DNA of 64,000 bases from Phaeosaccion multiseriatum. Its lineage: Eukaryota > Protista > Ochrophyta, other classes. Within the stretch, counting starts at the first letter, position 1. Every line of letters starts with the position of its first letter. Shown in pieces: positions 58,661 through 64,000 of this stretch. Made by a program: the position numbers and the translations under genes. The stretch spans positions 434,001 to 498,000 of the forward strand of contig OZ218958.1 of assembly GCA_965112735.1 (NCBI GenBank). Reading direction: 5' to 3'. The notes under the pieces were generated by a model. That model searched no databases. It was not told the origin of the DNA and saw nothing but the letters and a program-made list of their open reading frames with translations.

Positions 58661-59267
58661 CTCATTCCCTCACCACCACCTGCCCCTCCTCGGCGACGCT
58701 CAGGGCACCAAGAAGGACGTCAAGTACCTGCGTGGGGTGATTCAGAGCATGTCCCAATGCGAGCAGCCCACTGGGAGGGCTCCCCGAGACCGCTCCGAGT
58801 GTCTAGGAAGGTGCCAGGCGGAGGCTTCAGCTACGAGCAATGCAACCACAATACACACCTCATTCGCGTGTTTTTTTCGCCTGTTTTTGTAGGCAGATGA
58901 GGGCCCGAGAGGAGAGACACATCGAGAGGAAGAGAGAGGAGAGGCGTCTACAGTAGACACAGATATCCTTTCAGAATAGATGCGTACCCCGAGTAGAGCC
59001 TGAGAGTGTGCGTTCATGGCAACGTGTACTTGTTCATCACCGTCGAACAGAAGACCCTCACGCCACAGCAAGAACAGGCTCACCACCGTCGAACGGAAGA
59101 CCTCACGCCACGGGAAAAAACAGGAAGACAAAATTTTGTTTTGTAAAGCCCTCATTCCTCTATTTACATGTGGACAGTCGTCTCCCTTCAAGAGAGCGAA
59201 AGTAAAAAGTCTTAACTATACTCTATGTCTAAGTTCCCTGGCAGCGTCACAAACGACAACAAACTCC

Positions 59268-59921
59268 TTAGTTCCATGTGTAGGCCTGTCCGAGGATGTC
59301 GTTGATGATGTAGGGGCGTCCGTTGAGCTGCTCGTGGACCATGAGGGCGAGGATGCCCATCTGTGCGGCGCGGCCGTTGTTGAGCTCGATGGAGCGCTTG
59401 CGGCTCTGGGTCTCCTCGTCCCACGATGCCCAGGTGGAGTTCTCTCCGAACCTGTTCATGTCACCGGGGGTGGAGCCCTCCACCTGCTGCATGACGGCCA
59501 GCTCGAGGATGCCGATGAAGGCAACCAGCTGGGCAATACCGGCGGCGGGGATCTTAGAGAAGGCTGCCAGGCCGTTGGGCACGTCCGTGAACTTAATGTT
59601 CTCGGAGATGGACAGGTATCCGGGCAGGCGCACGTTCTGCTGCACAAGGTGACCAGCGATGGCAAGCATGGAGATGCGGCCGTGCTTCACCTCGACGTAT
59701 CGGAGTCGGTCGAATCGCTCCTGGTCGGCGTCGTTCAGGAGTCCGAGGGGGTCGAAGAATCCCAGAGGGGCCTGTGCTCCCTCGGCGTCCTCGAAGGCCA
59801 TCTTCATGCTGCTGGAGCTCTTGGGGGCCTTGGCAACCGCGCTGCCGGTGAAGGCGGTGGGTGCCACGAAGGCGGAGGCGCACCCGAGGGTGGCCATGGC
59901 GGCGATGCAGGCGGTCTTCAT
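59268..59921 (-). CDS. Lhcf: FCP/Lhcf copy 5 (identical protein)
   Basis: Same 217-aa translation. Confidence 0.97.
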   Translation of the reverse strand: MKTACIAAMATLGCASAFVAPTAFTGSAVAKAPKSSSSMKMAFEDAEGAQAPLGFFDPLGLLNDADQERFDRLRYVEVKHGRISMLAIAGHLVQQNVRLPGYLSISENIKFTDVPNGLAAFSKIPAAGIAQLVAFIGILELAVMQQVEGSTPGDMNRFGENSTWASWDEETQSRKRSIELNNGRAAQMGILALMVHEQLNGRPYIINDILGQAYTWN

Positions 59922-62900
59922 GCTGCGGAGAGAAGAGAAGAAAGGGGTAGGGTGGGAAAACGGGAGGACGGGGTGAGAAGGGGAATGCAAATCGCTTGAC
60001 AAAATATAAGACCACTTGATCCTTCTTCCTCGCTGCTCGTCCTTCCTCCTTGCCGTCCCTCCTCCTCTTCCCTGCAGTGCAGCACTCACTTGATGGTGGT
60101 AAAAAGTCTTAGAAAGAAAGAGAGGAGGAGATGTTTTTGGATTGTGATTGGTTCCCATTGGTTTCCTTCCCTCGCGACGTCAACCCCGTCAACCAAATTT
60201 GGGGATTACCCTCAAGCGCCGGAAACCCGCCCCGAAGTGACAGGAAACTGGCACTGTTTTCGCTTCTCACAGCAAGTCTTGTACTTGTACAAGGCCAGGA
60301 TGGTGGGGAAAGGGCGGGGTCTTGGCCTCCCCACATGTGTGGTACAGTCTCTTCTCTTGCCTCTCCCCTCCCATCTCTCACTCGCCTTTCCTTTTTCCTG
60401 CTGTCTCGACGCAATGGATTGAGAACGAGGAGGGGGAGGAAGGAGAAGGAGAGAGGTTTGCAAGGGGCGATGCAGCGAGCGAGAGGCTTCGAAGGGCATT
60501 CTGTCAAAGGGCGCAGGAGGTAAGCGTGGCGAAAGACCTTCTATTGGTCGCGATTCATCCAGGCTGGGTCACTGCTCTGGTTTAGTGCTGCCAACGCTTG
60601 GTAACCATCCTACGTGCTGTGGTACCGCTGCCGCGTGCGGTTGCTGCCTGCCGGTGTGCCGCTCAAGATCTGCTACCGTCCTCGCTGGATGCGCGGATGC
60701 CAACGCTACGCTGCAGTACCTTCAGCGTCTTGTCTTTTGTGCTTCCTTCTGACCTACATGTACACTCGCGCGGGCTCCTTTGCAATTGGTTGAAGGCCCA
60801 ACCCTCACTTGCGGCTCCTCATGGGCTTGTTTGCGTTTGGTCTTCCTCTCTTCGTCTGCTCTTCGCTGTTTGTGTCGGCCACCAGCAGATATTACGCCAC
60901 GGGGAAGAGTGTATAGAGGAGCAGAACGTTGGAGGAAAGAAAAAAGGAATGGAGAAGCTCAGGTATGCAGTCATCTCGCCCCCCCTCTCCCTCCTCATTG
61001 CTTTTCCTCTGCCTCCCCTCTCTGTTCTCTCTTTCTTTCTTCCCCTCCGGCCTTCATGTTCCTTCTCCCCTGCCGCCGTACCCCCTTTCCTCTCCCTCGC
61101 CTTCCACCCCCTTTCCTCCCCCCTGCTTCACCTCCTGACCTCCTTCTCCCTTCTCTTTGCCGCCCGGCCTCACTCTCTCTCTCTGCTCTTTTCCTCCTTT
61201 CCCTTCCTTCCATTCGCCTTACCGCCCGACTTCCTTCCTTCTCTTCTCATTCTCATTGCCTCTCGACCTCCTTCCCCCCACTCCCTTCCTTGCTTCCCTC
61301 CCTTTCCCTTGCCTTCTCCCTTTCTCCCTTTCTCCCTCTCCCTCCTCCTTCCTTCTCTTCTCCCCCACCTTCTGTCCTCCTTCTCCCTCTCCCTTGCCTC
61401 CGTCTCCCTTCTCCCTTCTCCTTCGACTCCCTCGCCTTCCGACCCCCCGTCCCCCTCTCCCGTAAACGGCACCGCATTTCGTTGACTTGGGTTATGTTGA
61501 AACGGATGCTTGTGACAGGCCCTCTACGGGGATATGGCCCCCTACGGGTATCTCTAAAGGACCCGTCCTCGCGGCCGTCACCCATGTCGACACCAGCCTC
61601 GTGGACGCCCTGTTTCTCTCTTTTCGGGGGCTTGGTGCACATTGGTGCTGTACCCCGCTTTGGCCCAACCGGCTTCATAGGAGTGGATGTATGAAGAGCA
61701 CTGCCGATATGCTTGGTGTCGTGCGATGTGCATGTGAGTGCGCGCGTGCTGTAGAGTCCCTCTGATTGATGCCTACAATGCTGCTGCTGTTGATTTTCCA
61801 TTGCCGTGGCTCTGCTCCACTTGAAGAGGTGCTCTTTCTATTTTGGTGTCAATTGAGAAGCTGCATCCTTCCTTCGCTTTCCCCTTGACTCCCATAGCCT
61901 CTTCTTGCTCTCGTGTGTCGATACGTAGAGCAACAGCGAACAGTGACATCATGCTATGGGCACACCAACGTCGTCCCCCAGATGACCTAATTCTTCAATT
62001 CTGCCCGCCCCCCCCCCCCCCCGTGTGGTCTGGCTTCTGCTGTCTGGCCTCTGACCGTGTCCTGTTGTTGCTGCTTTCGTTCATCAGCAGAGTGCACTCG
62101 AGGTCCAGTGCAGAAGCAGCAGTTTCCTTGATGATCATCAGTAGCAAGAGCAGTGAGAACTGCCGGCCGACCCATGGAGTGCCATCTGCTTCGAGGCTCG
62201 GTAAAGGCCATGGTGGAGGCTTGAGCTGCTGCAGCAGGGCCGTACAGACCAGCAGCACCACTGCCTCCACAGAAAAAGAAGGGAGAAGAGTTTATCATAT
62301 CAGCGCCGGCTCCAGTAGCAGCGTGAGCTATAGTAGCGACAGCAGAAGACCGCAAGCGAAAGGGGAATGAAGGAGGGGAATCAGGCGGCAACAGCTGCAG
62401 CAGCGGCGGCATGAGAGCGTTGATCTGCAGTGCGAAGCAAGATTAGAAGCAGGGACAGCAGCATCAGCAGCAGCGAGATCGACTCTGCTGCTGTATCCCT
62501 CCTCTGCCGCAGCAGCTGACGCCAGCAAGGAGGGTGAGCGCCGCACGGTGTGGCTCTTGGGCAAGTCCGTCAGGCTCAAGGGGTCCGAGGAAAAGTGGGT
62601 ACGTGATCGGCGAAAGGGGGCTCGCTTCTTACCTTCGCTCGTGCTGCAACTTGTCACCTTCTGCCCTCACCATCTCCTCTACCGCTGCACCTCTCTCTCT
62701 CACTCACTTCAATTTCACTCACGCACACTCCCACCCAAGCACCCACCCGCTCACTCACGCACTCTCTCAATCAGTCAGTGAGTGACTCACTCACCCATTC
62801 ACCTACGCAGTCGCTCAGTCACTCATTCAAACCCCAACAGCCCACTCAACTCACGAACGAACGAGCGAACGACGCACGCACCCACTCAGTCGCTCGTCAT

Positions 62901-63613
62901 CCACTCAAATCGCTTGCTCACCAGCTCATTTAACGTACTCACCCCCCCCCTTCCCACCTCCCTCTCTCACCACCACCTGCCCATCCTCGGCGACGCTCAG
63001 GGCACCAAAATAGACGTCAAGTACCTGCGTGGGGTGAGCCAATGCATGGGCCCAGAACGAGCAGCCCACTGGGAGGGTTCCCCGAGACCGCTCCGAGTGT
63101 TTGCGGAAGGTGCCAGGCGGAGGCGTGCTTCAGCTACGAGCAATGCAACTACGATACAGACCTCACTCGCGTGTTGACTGGGAGATGAGGGCATGAGATA
63201 AAAGAGAGAGAGACATAGAGAGGAAGAGAGAGGAGGCGTAGGCACACAGAGGATGTTGTACCCCGAGCAAGACCAGGAGTGCGTACCATGAATAGACGGA
63301 GACTCTGTACCGACTTGTGCTTGTGTGGAGACTTGTACCCCGAGTAACTGAGATTGTGGTCTCAGGACAAACGTGTACGTCTACGTTTCCATCACCACAG
63401 AAGACCCTCGCTGTCTCACGCCAGAAACGGAAGACACGAGTTTGTTTTGTAAAAGCCCTCATTCCTTTATTTACATATGGACAGTCGTCTCCCTTCAAGA
63501 GAGCGAAAGTAAGTCTAGCTATAGTCGTCTCCCTTCAAGAGAGCGAAAGTAAAAAGTCTAGCTATACTCTATGTCTAAGTTCCCTGGCAGCGTCACATAC
63601 GACAACGAACTCC

Positions 63614-64000
63614 TTAGTTCCATGTGTAGGCCTGTCCGAGGATGTCGTTGATAATGTAGGGGCGTCCGTTGAGCTGCTCGTGGACCATGAGGGCGAGGAT
63701 GCCCATCTGTGCGGCGCGGCCGTTGTTGAGCTCGATAGAGCGCTTGCGGCTCTGGGTCTCCTCGTCCCACGATGCCCAGGTGGAGTTCTCTCCGAACCTG
63801 TTCATGTCACCGGGGGTGGAGCCCTCCACCTGCTGCATGACGGCCAGCTCGAGGATGCCGATGAAGGCAACCAGCTGGGCAATACCGGCGGCGGGGATCT
63901 TAGAGAAGGCTGCCAGGCCGTTGGGCACGTCCGTGAACTTAATGTTCTCGGAGATGGACAGGTATCCGGGCAGGCGCACGTTCTGCTGCACAAGGTGACC
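63614..64000 (-). CDS. Lhcf: FCP/Lhcf copy 6, 5' part beyond the window edge
   Basis: The C-terminal ~128 aa are identical to the other copies. Confidence 0.95.
   Translation of the reverse strand, partial: GHLVQQNVRLPGYLSISENIKFTDVPNGLAAFSKIPAAGIAQLVAFIGILELAVMQQVEGSTPGDMNRFGENSTWASWDEETQSRKRSIELNNGRAAQMGILALMVHEQLNGRPYIINDILGQAYTWN

Larger units (their letters stand above)
40597..64000. repeat. Tandem FCP gene array, ~4.3-4.7-kb units
   Basis: Stop codons at 40850, 45547, 50091, 54656, 59268, 63614 (spacings 4697, 4544, 4565, 4612, 4346). Spacers are homologous but diverged, with CT-rich and (ACTC)n tracts. Confidence 0.97.

Noticed and set aside
63483-63566. ~40-bp tandem duplication in the 3' flank of FCP copy 6 (and a ~30-bp one at ~43586-43645)
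   Set aside because: Real but ordinary slippage duplications with no evident function.
1-64000. tRNA, rRNA or telomeric repeats
   Set aside because: None recognised by eye; a tRNAscan-SE/Infernal run would be needed to exclude small ncRNAs.

Overview
Eukaryotic, GC-rich, intron-rich DNA from a photosynthetic stramenopile. This is inferred from brown-alga-type FCP/Lhcf genes with ASA-F bipartite plastid presequences. Four zones. (1) 1-16 kb: three ~6.7-kb tandem segmental duplicates, each with a two-exon ankyrin-repeat gene (one intact, one frameshifted, one truncated) head-to-head with a degenerate unknown gene. The ankyrin copies differ almost only at binding-surface codons. (2) 16-21 kb: a direct-repeat-flanked segment carrying a secreted Cys-rich modular protein gene, then a 154-bp solo LTR with a 5-bp TSD, then an inverted-repeat-bounded minisatellite. 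(3) 21-40 kb: an intronless PPR-SMR gene, a ~17-exon minus-strand gene encoding ankyrin repeats + a HET/TIR-like domain + a C-terminal CC...CaaX motif, and a divergently transcribed plastid-targeted AAE15/Aas-like acyl-activating enzyme. (4) 40.8-64 kb: at least six tandem FCP/Lhcf genes encoding the same protein at ~4.5-kb spacing. Their mosaic spacers hold a decayed multi-exon gene and a Ty1/copia integrase-RT relic. The best candidate for a new system is an innate-immunity/allorecognition-like locus: hypervariable ankyrin 'sensors' near a lipid-anchored ANK-HET effector. The functional link between them is inference only. All gene models and alignments were made by eye.
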